A stretch of DNA of 64,000 nucleotides from a virus, in IMG/VR virus record IMGVR_UViG_3300003323_001142, positions 26,297 through 90,296 of that record, one strand, 5' to 3'. Position 1 is the first letter of the stretch, and every line of letters begins with the position of its first letter. Below are positions 33,696-43,541 of the stretch, piece by piece. The position numbers were made by a program, and so were the translations under genes. The notes beneath the pieces are model-generated. The model was not told the DNA's origin, searched no databases, and saw only the letters and a program-made list of their open reading frames with translations.

Positions 33696-34529
33696 ATGAC
33701 CGACCGCATCCCCGACATCGCAAAGTACAACGGTCTGCCTGCGCGCAAAAACGGCGACAGCGGGACGGGGAAGACCGCCGAGCCGCCGACCTTCCTGGTT
33801 AACGAACGGATCATCTTTGCGCCGCCGGGCGAGCCGGAACTGAAGCTGCGCGTGGCTCACGTCTACGAGCACGGAGCGATCCTGTGCCTCGACGAACACG
33901 GCGAGCGCAACACCATCTCATCTGGGTTCGTGCGGTATTGCCGACGAGACCCGGAACAATCCCGGCCGTGGAGGCCGACTGCGCCGATCGCAATCTCGGG
34001 TGCGGGCATCAGCCTCGGCAAGATCGACGGCGGCGACCTCCTTGGCGGCAACAGCACCTCGATTGGTCCGTCACGAAGCCATTGGACTGCACCAGCGGAT
34101 TCGGATCCGATTGCAGACATCAAGCGGGCCTTCGAGATGGATCGCCAAGCCGCAGCAGCGCCGCGGGTGCCAGTGCTCGCAGACGGGCGGTATCTGCTCG
34201 TTCCGATCGGGCGCTTCAGCCATCCTGGTGGTGAGATCGAATTCACACGCGAGGATTGCGCGGCGATCGTCGAGAGCTTCTCCGAGTCCGTTATCATCCA
34301 CAAGGATTTCGTCTCGCAAGAAGACTTCGGCCGCCGCCTCCCGGCTGGCGTGATCACTGCGCTGCATGTCCAATGGTCGCCGCTCGGGAGAATGCTTTAC
34401 GCAGTGGGCACGCACCGACACTTGGCGCCGGGCGTGAAGGACAAAGGCACCAGGGGGCGCTGGGAGTTATTCACTGCGTCGCTGACCAAAGCACCGCTTG
34501 CTGGCTGGCCGGAGCTACGGAAGGTCTAG
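33696..34529 (+). CDS. Hypothetical protein with degenerate Mu gpI-like (prohead protease) C-terminal domain
   Basis: LVPIGRFSHPGGEIEFTREDCAAIVESF..PAGVITAL..LFTASLTKAP resembles the 39443 protease domain. Confidence 0.6.
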   Translation: MTDRIPDIAKYNGLPARKNGDSGTGKTAEPPTFLVNERIIFAPPGEPELKLRVAHVYEHGAILCLDEHGERNTISSGFVRYCRRDPEQSRPWRPTAPIAISGAGISLGKIDGGDLLGGNSTSIGPSRSHWTAPADSDPIADIKRAFEMDRQAAAAPRVPVLADGRYLLVPIGRFSHPGGEIEFTREDCAAIVESFSESVIIHKDFVSQEDFGRRLPAGVITALHVQWSPLGRMLYAVGTHRHLAPGVKDKGTRGRWELFTASLTKAPLAGWPELRKV

Positions 34530-34540
34530 GGATAGGAGCG

Positions 34541-34852
34541 ATGGCAATCCGCATCAACGCCTGGCGCGAGCATTGGTCTCGGCAGCAAGAGCAATTCGAT
34601 AAGTTCTACGAGTGGGTTGGCCCCGACGGGAAGCGCCCGCGTGAGTGGAAGGAAACGATCGACGGCGTCGAGTACACCTGCAGCGACGTGTCGGCGTTTG
34701 ATTTGCGGCCGCGACCGAAGACGGCCATTGAGGTCTATGGCCCGGCTGAGGCTGAGCGTAGACGCGCCGGCTGGCTGCGCATGATCTTTGGATCCGGTCC
34801 GGGCGGTGACGAAAGTCACCTCGATCTGCGGCGACGCCTCACCGTCGAGTAG
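34541..34852 (+). CDS. Hypothetical protein
   Basis: AGGAG SD. Confidence 0.6.
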   Translation: MAIRINAWREHWSRQQEQFDKFYEWVGPDGKRPREWKETIDGVEYTCSDVSAFDLRPRPKTAIEVYGPAEAERRRAGWLRMIFGSGPGGDESHLDLRRRLTVE

Positions 34853-35085
34853 CCCGAGCAAGCGCGATCAACTCCAGCAGCTTTCCCGCCGGCACCACCA
34901 CCCCCACGTCCGGCCCTTTCGCCCAGGCCTCCTGAGCCCAGCGGAAGGCCTCGGTGACATCGGGGGTCGAGCCACGCGGGGCGGCGATGGCTTCGGATCG
35001 GGCTTTGGCGAGGGATGTGACGGCCATCGGGGGAATGTGACGCGAGGGGGCGGATGGGGCAACGGGGCGAAGGAAAGAGGTCGCA

Positions 35086-35340
35086 ATGGAAGGCATAGAG
35101 CAAAAGATTCGCGCGGCGGCAGAGCGACTGGCGAAAGCCAGCGACGCGAGACATCGCGCAGAGGTGGCGGTGCGCGAGGCGACAATCGCGCTGAACAACG
35201 CACTTCGAGCAGAGAGCGAGGCGCGAGAGGCCCTCCTTACGGCCACAGCCGATTGCGTGGACCAATACCGCGAAGTCCCCGCGTCGACGTTCGTGCTGAT
35301 CCCCCCGATCGCGGGCCATGCGACGGCCGCGCCCAGCTGA
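35086..35340 (+). CDS. Small coiled-coil protein
   Basis: AAGAGG SD; Ala/Glu-rich heptads. Confidence 0.55.
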   Translation: MEGIEQKIRAAAERLAKASDARHRAEVAVREATIALNNALRAESEAREALLTATADCVDQYREVPASTFVLIPPIAGHATAAPS

Positions 35341-35361
35341 CCGAACGAACCGAGCATCACC

Positions 35362-35919
35362 ATGCACTCCGAGCCGCCGCGGGCGGCCCCTCCCAAGCGT
35401 GGCCCCAAGCGGGTCGTTCCGAAGTTCGTCCAGCGGGAACTGGACATCGCCTACGCCGGCCTGGACGCCGACGAGCGGATCCGCTTTATGCGGATGGCCA
35501 AGGGCGAGATCCGCCGCGGTTTCCGTCGCGTTCGCTGGGCCAATGAGGCCGCAGAGCGGATAGCGAACAAGAAGTCCACCTACGAGCAGGAGCCGCTCCT
35601 CGAAAGCACGCGAACGGTCGCCGAAGCTGTCGAGAAGCTGGTGAACAGCTACGACAAGCTCGACGGCATGTGCCACCGCGCTTACCAGCGCGTCGAGCCG
35701 TTCGTGAAGATGGCGGCGAAGCTCACCGAGGAGCAGCGACCGACTGTCCAGATCGTGCAGATCGGGCAGACCGGCACCGATCCGGCCATCCGAGCTCTGT
35801 TCGGCGCTCCAACGCCGCGCGAAATCATCGATGCCACCGAAGAAGCCAGCGAAGAGCGAGCGGCCGATGGTGCCGCCGAAGCTCCTGACGCCGTACCAGA
35901 AGGAGATCGTCGGGGCTGA
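35362..35919 (+). CDS. Putative terminase small subunit
   Basis: Positional only: helical ORF overlapping the terminase large subunit start. Confidence 0.5.
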   Translation: MHSEPPRAAPPKRGPKRVVPKFVQRELDIAYAGLDADERIRFMRMAKGEIRRGFRRVRWANEAAERIANKKSTYEQEPLLESTRTVAEAVEKLVNSYDKLDGMCHRAYQRVEPFVKMAAKLTEEQRPTVQIVQIGQTGTDPAIRALFGAPTPREIIDATEEASEERAADGAAEAPDAVPEGDRRG

Positions 35920-37294
35920 GTGGTTCGACCCGAGGACGGGGCTCGCGCGCGTCCACACACTCGAAAAGGCGCGGCGCATCGGGGGGTCGACCGCTGGCGC
36001 CTACTGGGCCGCGTTCCTGGCCCTTGGGAAGCAGCCGCGGCGCGGCGGAGAGCTCTTCGACCAGCACGATCCGATGGACGTCTGGATCGTGTCCAAGGAC
36101 TTCCTTGGCGCGAAGAACCTCCTTCGGGAGGTCGTCGACGCGTGCGCCAGCATGGCGCCGCTCAACCCCGATTTCGAAGTCACCCCCACCGCGACCACCG
36201 TCACCTTCCGGAGCGGCAAGCGCGTCGTTGCGATGCCGTGCCGCGCGGAGACCATCCGCAGCTGCACGGGCGCTGTGGTGCTCGACGAGGTCGCCTTCTG
36301 GCGGACTCCCGAGGAAATCTGGGGCGCCGCGAAGGTTGTCGCCGGAGCGAACCTCAAGGTAGGCGCTCGCGGCTATCCCATCCTCGCGATCACGACCCCT
36401 TGGGACGCTGGCTCGCTCGCGCACCGCATCTTTACGGATGACGAGTTCCCGTTCATCCGGCACCGCGTCGACGTGTATCGGGCGGCCCGTGAGGGCTTCC
36501 CGATCGACATCGAGAAGACCCGGACCGAACTCGGCATCCCGGAGCTATTCGCCAGCGAGTTTGAGCTCTCGTGGAATCGGGCGGGAGCCTCGTTCTTCCC
36601 CCTCGACAAGCTCCGCGACTGCCAAGAAGACGAACTCCCCGACGATTGGCAAAGCCTCCCGGCCTACTTCGGCATCGACGTAGGCGGCGGCAAAGGCCGC
36701 GACAACACCGCCTGTGTCCAATGGCGCCCCTCCGGCAACGACTGCTGGATGGTCGGCGTTAAGGCCTTCAGCGATCTCGATCACGTCGAGCAATGCGACA
36801 CCGTCGAAGGCTGGATCGTGCAGGACACGACCGAGTCGACCCACGTCACCATCGCGATCGACGCCGGCATCATGGGTGGCCCGATGATCACGGAGCTCCG
36901 GCACCGGTTCAAACGCCGGAAGCGCGTGCGGATCGTGGGCCTCGGCATGGGCGTCCCGCAGCAAGAGAAGTACGCCACGGCGACCCGGCGCGCGCTTGAG
37001 CACGGGCGGATCAAGCTTTACACGGGCACCGAAGCGGGCGGCGACGAGCACGGTGCGCGGGCACTGATGCTCGAGCTCTCGACGCTCAAGACACGGCCCG
37101 GGGTCGGCGGCCGGCTCACGTTCGTGACGCCGCGCGACCCGAGCAAGGGACACTGCGATCGGGCTTGGGCGGCGATGTTTGGGCTGTCGAAGATCGAGGG
37201 GGTCGATTCGATCGCGGGCGTCAGCGCTACCGGTACCACGTTCGCCAGCATCGGCGTCTCTCACCATGAAACGGAAGCCATCGGATTCGGCTGA
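35867..37294 (+). CDS. terL: Terminase large subunit (Mu gp28-like)
   Basis: LTPYQ; EKARRIGGST; VVLDEVAF; GIDVG nuclease motif; HCDRAWA. Confidence 0.93.
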   Translation: MVPPKLLTPYQKEIVGAEWFDPRTGLARVHTLEKARRIGGSTAGAYWAAFLALGKQPRRGGELFDQHDPMDVWIVSKDFLGAKNLLREVVDACASMAPLNPDFEVTPTATTVTFRSGKRVVAMPCRAETIRSCTGAVVLDEVAFWRTPEEIWGAAKVVAGANLKVGARGYPILAITTPWDAGSLAHRIFTDDEFPFIRHRVDVYRAAREGFPIDIEKTRTELGIPELFASEFELSWNRAGASFFPLDKLRDCQEDELPDDWQSLPAYFGIDVGGGKGRDNTACVQWRPSGNDCWMVGVKAFSDLDHVEQCDTVEGWIVQDTTESTHVTIAIDAGIMGGPMITELRHRFKRRKRVRIVGLGMGVPQQEKYATATRRALEHGRIKLYTGTEAGGDEHGARALMLELSTLKTRPGVGGRLTFVTPRDPSKGHCDRAWAAMFGLSKIEGVDSIAGVSATGTTFASIGVSHHETEAIGFG

Positions 37295-37328
37295 CTCGCG
37301 CTGAGCGGGGCGCCGTGCCTCGCCACCC

Positions 37329-38933
37329 ATGCAGCTACCCGGATTCCTTCAATGGCTTGCGCCGAAGCGGCAACAGCCTGACGAACTACCGACGGCGTCG
37401 ATCGATCCCCGGGTCGATCCGGAGGCGCAAGCAGCTGTAGCCGAACGCCAGGCCCTGCCGGAGCCGACTCCGGACAAGGCGCCGCTCGCGCCCTATCCAT
37501 CCGTGGATAGGTACCCAACCATCTTGGGCAGTGCGGTCACGCTCGCGTACATCTCGAGCGTCTTCCGCCTCGCGCTCACCGGCTACCGCCGCGAATTCGT
37601 CGATGTGCTCGACGAGCTGCTCGAGCGCGACCCGCACATGTACGCGGTCGTTGCCCAGCGGGTGCACGCGGTCGCCGGCGGCCGCATCCAGGTCATCCCG
37701 GCCGAGACCGAGCAGGGCAGCGGCGACGAAGTACGCGCCCAAGAACTCGCCGACCTGGTGAAGCGCCGGATTGGCGCCATCCCCGATTTTCAACAGTCGG
37801 TCGCCCAACTGCAATGGGGCGGGCTGTTCTACGGCGTGGGCGCCTCTGAGATCAGCTGGCGTCAGGACGAAGACGGCTGGTATCCGGCGCGACTGCACTG
37901 GATCCACAGCCGGCGGCTCGCGTACCCCGACGCCACGAGCTGGTCGGTCCGCATCTGGGACCAGGGCATGGTCTCCTCGTGGGGCTATCTCGAGGACCCC
38001 ACCGGCCGGCTCTTCGGAATCAAGTGCGACGACTTCCCCGGGAAGTTCCTCGTTCACACGCCGAGCGTGCGGGGGAACTACCCGACCCGGGACGGCCTCG
38101 GGCGCGAGATGGCCTACTGGTCCGCGTTGAAGCTCATGGGGGCCCGCGGGGCTTCCCAATACGTCGAGCGGTTCGGTAAGCCGTGGACCGCGGGTTACTA
38201 CACGACGGGAGACGACGGGCATCCACGGGCGGCGAACGAAGAGGACATCAAGGCGCTTGAGGCGGCCGGCCGAGCGCTCGGCATTGGAAGCCTTGCCCAC
38301 GCCACACTCCCTGACTCCACGAAGCTCGACATCTTCGGCCCGGCCGCCTTCGCCCCCGGATCGAATCTCATCCACGCGGCCTTCGTTGCCATGTGCAATG
38401 CCGAGATCAGCAAAGCGGGACTCGGGCAGACGGACACCGTCGAGGCTGGCCCGAACGGCTCGCGGGCCGCGACCGAGGTCCGAAAGAGCGGCACCTACGA
38501 GCTCTACCGGTACGACGCCGCGTGCATGTCGGAGACGCTCCACTACCTCGCGCGGTGGATCGTTCGGCTGAACGCCCCCGAAGACGAGCGGCTCACCCCG
38601 AAGGTGATTCTCCACGCTGCGGAAGCGCCCGATCCGGACGCGCTCGTGAAACGCGCCGCGACCTTGGCCGACGCCGGGGCGCCCGTGGACGCTGACGAAC
38701 TTGGCGAGCTCACCGGCGTGCCGATGCTGCCCGCGACGAAGCCCGGCGAGAACCCGCAGGGGCGGCGCCTCTACAAGATGGCGCCCCTCAAGCCGTACGA
38801 AGTCCAAAGCCTCCGCCGTCTCGATGCGGGCGAAACGCTCGAGACGCCAGCCAAGCCCATTCAGCCGAGTGCTGAGGTCAATCCCGCCGAAGCGGGGACG
38901 GCCGCAGCCGGCGCAACCGAAAGCGACTCCTAA
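37329..38933 (+). CDS. Portal protein (DUF935, Mu gp29-like)
   Basis: LLERDPHMYAVVAQR; FYGVGASEISW; YVERFGKP; CNAEISKAGLGQT. Confidence 0.93.
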   Translation: MQLPGFLQWLAPKRQQPDELPTASIDPRVDPEAQAAVAERQALPEPTPDKAPLAPYPSVDRYPTILGSAVTLAYISSVFRLALTGYRREFVDVLDELLERDPHMYAVVAQRVHAVAGGRIQVIPAETEQGSGDEVRAQELADLVKRRIGAIPDFQQSVAQLQWGGLFYGVGASEISWRQDEDGWYPARLHWIHSRRLAYPDATSWSVRIWDQGMVSSWGYLEDPTGRLFGIKCDDFPGKFLVHTPSVRGNYPTRDGLGREMAYWSALKLMGARGASQYVERFGKPWTAGYYTTGDDGHPRAANEEDIKALEAAGRALGIGSLAHATLPDSTKLDIFGPAAFAPGSNLIHAAFVAMCNAEISKAGLGQTDTVEAGPNGSRAATEVRKSGTYELYRYDAACMSETLHYLARWIVRLNAPEDERLTPKVILHAAEAPDPDALVKRAATLADAGAPVDADELGELTGVPMLPATKPGENPQGRRLYKMAPLKPYEVQSLRRLDAGETLETPAKPIQPSAEVNPAEAGTAAAGATESDS

Positions 38934-38942
38934 GGAGCCACC

Positions 38943-39437
38943 ATGCCCGCACCGACTTCTATCATCGTTCCCGACATCCAGGCCGTTGCCAACTACCCGT
39001 TCGCGCTCGGCTCCGCTCTCGTCGAAGTCGCTTCCACCCGAGCCTTCCATCTGAAGCTCGCCATCGCCTTCGGCACGGCCGACGCCGCGACGCTCTACAC
39101 GATCCCGACCGGCCTCAAGGCCGAGATCGAGCGGGCTTACTGGGAGGTCACGACCTCGTTCACCGGTGGCTCGTCAAGCGCCATTGGCGTCTCGTCCTCG
39201 AATACCTCGTACGCCACGAAGGGGGACATCCTTGGGGGCGCATCCGGTGACGTGGCGGCGACGCTCGTGTCGACTGGCCTTACCTATAAGGGCGGGACGA
39301 TCGGCGCGAAGTTCGGGTCGAACGGGATGGTCGTGTTGGTCGGAGGCGATACCATTCGCTTCGACCGCATCACCTCCGCCTTCACCGCCGGCGCCGGGTT
39401 CGTGCATCTCACCGGCACGCTCATCGAGACGCCGTAA
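38943..39437 (+). CDS. Putative beta-sandwich virion (head decoration) protein
   Basis: AAGGAG SD; Gly/Ser/Thr-rich beta strands; lies inside the head module. Confidence 0.55.
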   Translation: MPAPTSIIVPDIQAVANYPFALGSALVEVASTRAFHLKLAIAFGTADAATLYTIPTGLKAEIERAYWEVTTSFTGGSSSAIGVSSSNTSYATKGDILGGASGDVAATLVSTGLTYKGGTIGAKFGSNGMVVLVGGDTIRFDRITSAFTAGAGFVHLTGTLIETP

Positions 39438-39442
39438 CGATC

Positions 39443-41602
39443 GTGGCTGAGGACTGCACCAGCGTCCCGAATTTCGGGATGGCGGTTCCGCGCGGCGGAT
39501 CGTCGTGTGCGAAGTGCCGCTACCTCGAAACGCGAGAAGGCCGGCCGTTCTGTCGCAACGACGACTTCATCCGGTTTCTCGGCGTGAGGCCCGAAAGCAC
39601 AAGCGCCGTCCACATCCCCGCGCCCGATGATGATCCGGGACGCTATTGCTGCAATGCGTTCTCGCCGTCCGCCGACTTCATGCTCGCGAGCGCCAAAGGC
39701 AGCAAAGACGGCAGTGGCAACGCAGCGCCCGCAGCCGTGACGCTCGACCTGGGCATGGACGACGTGCACATCCCGAGCGTGCCCACGAAAGCGCCAAGGA
39801 CGAGGACCATGTCCAAGCTCACCACGCGACAGCGCAAGGCCATTCCGAAAGGCCAATTCGCCGATCCGGAGAATAAGGCGTACCCGATCCACAATGCCGC
39901 TCACGTTCGGAATGCGGCGGCGCGCCTCGAGCAGCAGAAGGGCTCGATGGCGCCCGAGAAGTACCGATCGATCCGGCGGAACATCGCCCGCGCCGCTCGC
40001 AAGTTTGGCATCAAGTCGGAATACAACACGAAGACCGCACGGATGCGCGGTCGCGGTATGAGACTGTCGCTGGACCACCCGCAGCATGGCCGGCTGGAAG
40101 TGCGGACGATGTCCGCTGGCCCCGGGGGCGTCTTCTATCTGGCGCCACTGTCCGCCGCCATCGACCCCGAGTCGGCGCCGGGGCAGACCGCCGTAGCGCT
40201 CGACGATGCCGGTGGCTCGCCCAAGCGATTGGTCTGGAACCAGCTCGCTGAAGTCGGCCAATTCAAGGGCCACCCCGCTGGCCCGTTCGAACTCACCCCG
40301 CGGGTGTTTGCCGAGATCGTCTCGAACTTCGAACGCGAGCACATTCCGATCCCCATCGACGCCGAGCACGCCTCGGAGGCTCCCGGGACACAGGGCTCGG
40401 TGCCAGTGGTGGGAGCCCCCGCAATGGGCTGGATCCACCAGCTGGACAACCGCGGAGACGGAGGTCTTTGGGGTCTCGTCGAGTGGCTGGAGCCAGCGCG
40501 GTCCTACATCAAGGAAGGCCGCTATCGGTTCATCTCCCCGGCCGTGCGCTTCAACTCGCGCGACCCGAAGACCGGTTCGCCGATCGGGGCCCGGCTGAGC
40601 AGCGCCGGGATCACGAACACCCCGTTCCTGAAATCGATGCAGCAACTCGCTGCAAAGGACAACGCCATGACGACTCAAGCGACCGAATCGGTCGTGCTCA
40701 GCAGCCGGTATGTCCACGCCGCTGCTGACTACATGCCCCGTATCCGTGCAGCGCTCAAGCTCCCGGATATCGCGACAGCCAAGATGTGTTCGGACCACCT
40801 GGGGATGCTGCGCGACCATTTCGAGTCCGCCGGCAATGACCCCAACGCCGTTCACGAAGGCGTCCGGCTATCCGATTACATGGGGGCGCTACGCGACGGG
40901 CTCGGCGTCCCGATGGGCATGACATACGAGGAGATGCTCGACCTCGTCGAAGACATGATCGAAGCGGCCATGGACGAGCACGTGGCCGAATACCACAGCC
41001 CCGAAGAGGTCGGCGCGAGCTACTCCGACGCGGCCCCTCAGGAGACGACGATGACCGACAAGGAACTCACCACGCAACTGACCGAGGCGAAGGCCCAGGT
41101 CATCACCCTTACCGATAAGGTCACCTCGGCCGAATCGGCGACCGCCAAGCTGAGCCTTCAGCTGAAGGACTCGGACGCCAAGATCGGCGAATTGACCGCC
41201 CGGATCGCGGCGCTCGAGACGGAAAACAAGAACCTGAAGGAAGAGCAGGCGAAGCAGACCGACAAGCTCCTTTCGGACAAGGTCGAGACCGCGTTCGTGA
41301 CGTACAAGGACGCAAAGAAGCTCACCGACGACGACAAGCGAGCGATGCTCATCACGCTGAAGAGCGACGCCGCGCTGTTCGATAAGCTCTATCCGGCGGT
41401 CGCTCCGCAGCGGCAGCACCTGCTCCGCGATCTCGCGAATACCCGCCCCGGCAATGCCGAGTCGACGGTCCCGAACACCGCAGCGGTGCCGGACATGAAG
41501 ACCTTGACCGACAAGTTCGTAAAAGAGGGCAAGTCGATCGAGGAAGCGGTTTCGCTCGCGTACAAGACCATCAACGAACAACTCTCGCAGCCTGTTGCCT
41601 GA
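39443..41602 (+). CDS. Mu gpI-like prohead protease/scaffold with N-terminal Cys-rich and DUF6582-like domains
   Basis: IPIDAEHAS..PAMGWI..LVEW..YRFISPA..SAGITNTPF; coiled-coil scaffold C-terminus; AIPKGQFADP..YPIHNAAHVRNAAAR. Confidence 0.9.
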   Translation: MAEDCTSVPNFGMAVPRGGSSCAKCRYLETREGRPFCRNDDFIRFLGVRPESTSAVHIPAPDDDPGRYCCNAFSPSADFMLASAKGSKDGSGNAAPAAVTLDLGMDDVHIPSVPTKAPRTRTMSKLTTRQRKAIPKGQFADPENKAYPIHNAAHVRNAAARLEQQKGSMAPEKYRSIRRNIARAARKFGIKSEYNTKTARMRGRGMRLSLDHPQHGRLEVRTMSAGPGGVFYLAPLSAAIDPESAPGQTAVALDDAGGSPKRLVWNQLAEVGQFKGHPAGPFELTPRVFAEIVSNFEREHIPIPIDAEHASEAPGTQGSVPVVGAPAMGWIHQLDNRGDGGLWGLVEWLEPARSYIKEGRYRFISPAVRFNSRDPKTGSPIGARLSSAGITNTPFLKSMQQLAAKDNAMTTQATESVVLSSRYVHAAADYMPRIRAALKLPDIATAKMCSDHLGMLRDHFESAGNDPNAVHEGVRLSDYMGALRDGLGVPMGMTYEEMLDLVEDMIEAAMDEHVAEYHSPEEVGASYSDAAPQETTMTDKELTTQLTEAKAQVITLTDKVTSAESATAKLSLQLKDSDAKIGELTARIAALETENKNLKEEQAKQTDKLLSDKVETAFVTYKDAKKLTDDDKRAMLITLKSDAALFDKLYPAVAPQRQHLLRDLANTRPGNAESTVPNTAAVPDMKTLTDKFVKEGKSIEEAVSLAYKTINEQLSQPVA

Positions 41603-41720
41603 GCCCATCCGCTCAGTGAAACAACAAGGCAAACGCATTCCCAAAACCTGACGCGCAGCGAATAGCCGCGCCCTTTCGGCTGCTCTCGAGAATCGAGCGC
41701 GGCCACGGAGATGTGTATCC

Positions 41721-42128
41721 ATGGCTCAGATCAATCAATTGGGCGGCATTGCCGTCGCCGGCGGCGATATCCCGGTCAAGAACTACGGCGGGTCGGACAT
41801 CGCCGACGGGCTCGCGGTCAAATACGACACGAGCAATCCCCCGGGGACGAACACGCCCGCTGGCGTGGTCATCACTTCGAGCGATGCAAACCCGATCGGG
41901 TTCGCGCTCGGCACGATTCCCGCTGGCAAGATGGGACTCGTTCGCCGCCTCGGTCGCGCGGTGGGCACTGCCTCCGCGACCATCCACGTCGGCGATGTGC
42001 TCATGACGGACAGCGCCGGCAAGGTGCTGCCGCAAACTGCTGGCAAATACCAGATCGGCATTGCCGCTAGCGAAGCCGTGAACGCCGACAAGGTCGCGGT
42101 CGATATCAGCATTGCGAAGGACGCCTAA
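41721..42128 (+). CDS. Capsid cement protein (DUF2190-like)
   Basis: IHVGDVLMTDSAGKV..IGIAASEA; lies between scaffold and capsid. Confidence 0.85.
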   Translation: MAQINQLGGIAVAGGDIPVKNYGGSDIADGLAVKYDTSNPPGTNTPAGVVITSSDANPIGFALGTIPAGKMGLVRRLGRAVGTASATIHVGDVLMTDSAGKVLPQTAGKYQIGIAASEAVNADKVAVDISIAKDA

Positions 42129-42168
42129 GAGCGCGTTTCCGCACACCTCCGAAAGGATCCGAACAACT

Positions 42169-43278
42169 ATGCACCCCCAGATCGTCAAAGTGCGAGACGC
42201 GGAAAATCCGTCTGTCTTCTGGTCCGTGGATCTCTACAACAACACCCGGACGATGACCGACGCCAACGGGCGCCTGGTCACCATGGACCTCGGCCAGGCA
42301 GACGTGCACATCGACAGCGCGCTGTCCAACTACGCGGCCGGCTACCGGCAGTGGGAAGGCATCGCCGACGAAGTCGCGCCGATCGTGCCGTCGCCCAAGG
42401 CAAGCGACAAATACTTCACTTGGGACAAGGACGACATCTTCCAGGACGCGGAAGACCTAATCGTCGGCCCTGGCGCTGCGGTCAAAGAGATCTCGCCCCG
42501 CCTGTCGAGCGCGTCCTATTCGACCATCGGATACGGCGTCGGGAGCTTCGTTCCCTCCGAGGTCGCGGCCAACGCCGACGCTCCGCTCAAGGTCGAGATG
42601 GCTGCAACCCGGCGATGCCTCTCGGCGATCAACCTCGGCCGTGAGCGCCGCGTTGCCACGCTCGTGACCACGTCCGGCAACTGGACCGGCGGCTACACGA
42701 CCACGCTCGGCGCGACCGCGAAATGGAACGGCGGCGCGAGCTCGAACCCGGTACAGGACATCTACACCGCGATCGAGAACTCGCTGACGCCGGTGGCTGC
42801 TATCGCGATGAGCGAGCAGGTGTGGCACGACTTCGTGCAGAACGCCGCAGTCCAGAAGTACGTCGCGTCAAAGATCGATGCGCCACCGCTGCCGCAGTCG
42901 AGTGCCGGCGACTTCAACCGCATCACGGGTGAGAAGTTCTCGGCTCTGCTCGGCCTGCCGCCGTTCCTCATCGGCCGCATGAAGGGCAAGACCTCTAGCG
43001 GTTATGGCTACGTGTGGGGCAACAACGTTGCGCTGCTCTACAACCTTCCTGGCGTTCCGTCGGACGGACAGAGCATCTCGACCGCGAAGACCTTCCGCTG
43101 GACCGGCGCCGATTCAGGCGCTGCCGACGGCACGATGCAAGGCGGGTTCCTCGTCCGATCGTACTTCGACCCGAAGCGCGGCGCGCGCGGTGGCCGGATG
43201 GTCGTCGTGACCCACAACGACGCCGAGATCATGACCTCCGTCTTCGCGGGTGGCCTCGTGATCAACGCGCACCAGTAA
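42169..43278 (+). CDS. Major capsid protein
   Basis: DVHIDSALSNYAAGY..IADEVAPIVP..KYFTW; size and position. Confidence 0.92.
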   Translation: MHPQIVKVRDAENPSVFWSVDLYNNTRTMTDANGRLVTMDLGQADVHIDSALSNYAAGYRQWEGIADEVAPIVPSPKASDKYFTWDKDDIFQDAEDLIVGPGAAVKEISPRLSSASYSTIGYGVGSFVPSEVAANADAPLKVEMAATRRCLSAINLGRERRVATLVTTSGNWTGGYTTTLGATAKWNGGASSNPVQDIYTAIENSLTPVAAIAMSEQVWHDFVQNAAVQKYVASKIDAPPLPQSSAGDFNRITGEKFSALLGLPPFLIGRMKGKTSSGYGYVWGNNVALLYNLPGVPSDGQSISTAKTFRWTGADSGAADGTMQGGFLVRSYFDPKRGARGGRMVVVTHNDAEIMTSVFAGGLVINAHQ

Positions 43279-43297
43279 GAGAGAGGGAAGGCTAATC

Positions 43298-43534
43298 ATG
43301 GCACTTCACGAAGTTATCGGGCATTCGGTCACCGTGCAGGCGCGCGGCTTCGATCACAATGGCGACGCGGCCGAAGGGCGTCACTGGCTCAAGGGCGCGA
43401 TTATCGACATCGACGGCGCAGACGCACGCTCGTTGGTTGCGGCGAAAGCCGTGGCTCCGGGCGCGTCGAAGCCTGCAAGCGCGGAGCCAGCGGCCGAGCC
43501 CGCGAAGGAGCCGGCGAAGAAAGACGGCAAGTAG
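43298..43534 (+). CDS. Small head-associated protein
   Basis: Post-capsid position; KPA/EPA-rich tail. Confidence 0.6.
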   Translation: MALHEVIGHSVTVQARGFDHNGDAAEGRHWLKGAIIDIDGADARSLVAAKAVAPGASKPASAEPAAEPAKEPAKKDGK

Positions 43535-43541
43535 GTAGTCC

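Noticed and set aside
34839-35027. Small minus-strand ORF (MAVTSLAK...)
   Set aside because: Plausible but has no motif, overlaps a plus-strand gene end and lacks independent support
41603-41720. Structured RNA between the scaffold and cement genes
   Set aside because: Short GC stems (AGCCG/CGGCT, GCCGCGC/GCGCGGC) are expected by chance at this GC content; no known motif recognised
37386-41722. Long minus-strand ORFs (554, 523 and 277 aa) opposite the portal and protease genes
   Set aside because: Shadow ORFs produced by codon bias of the plus-strand structural genes; the same applies to 34816-35979, 51102-52193 and 57055-58044
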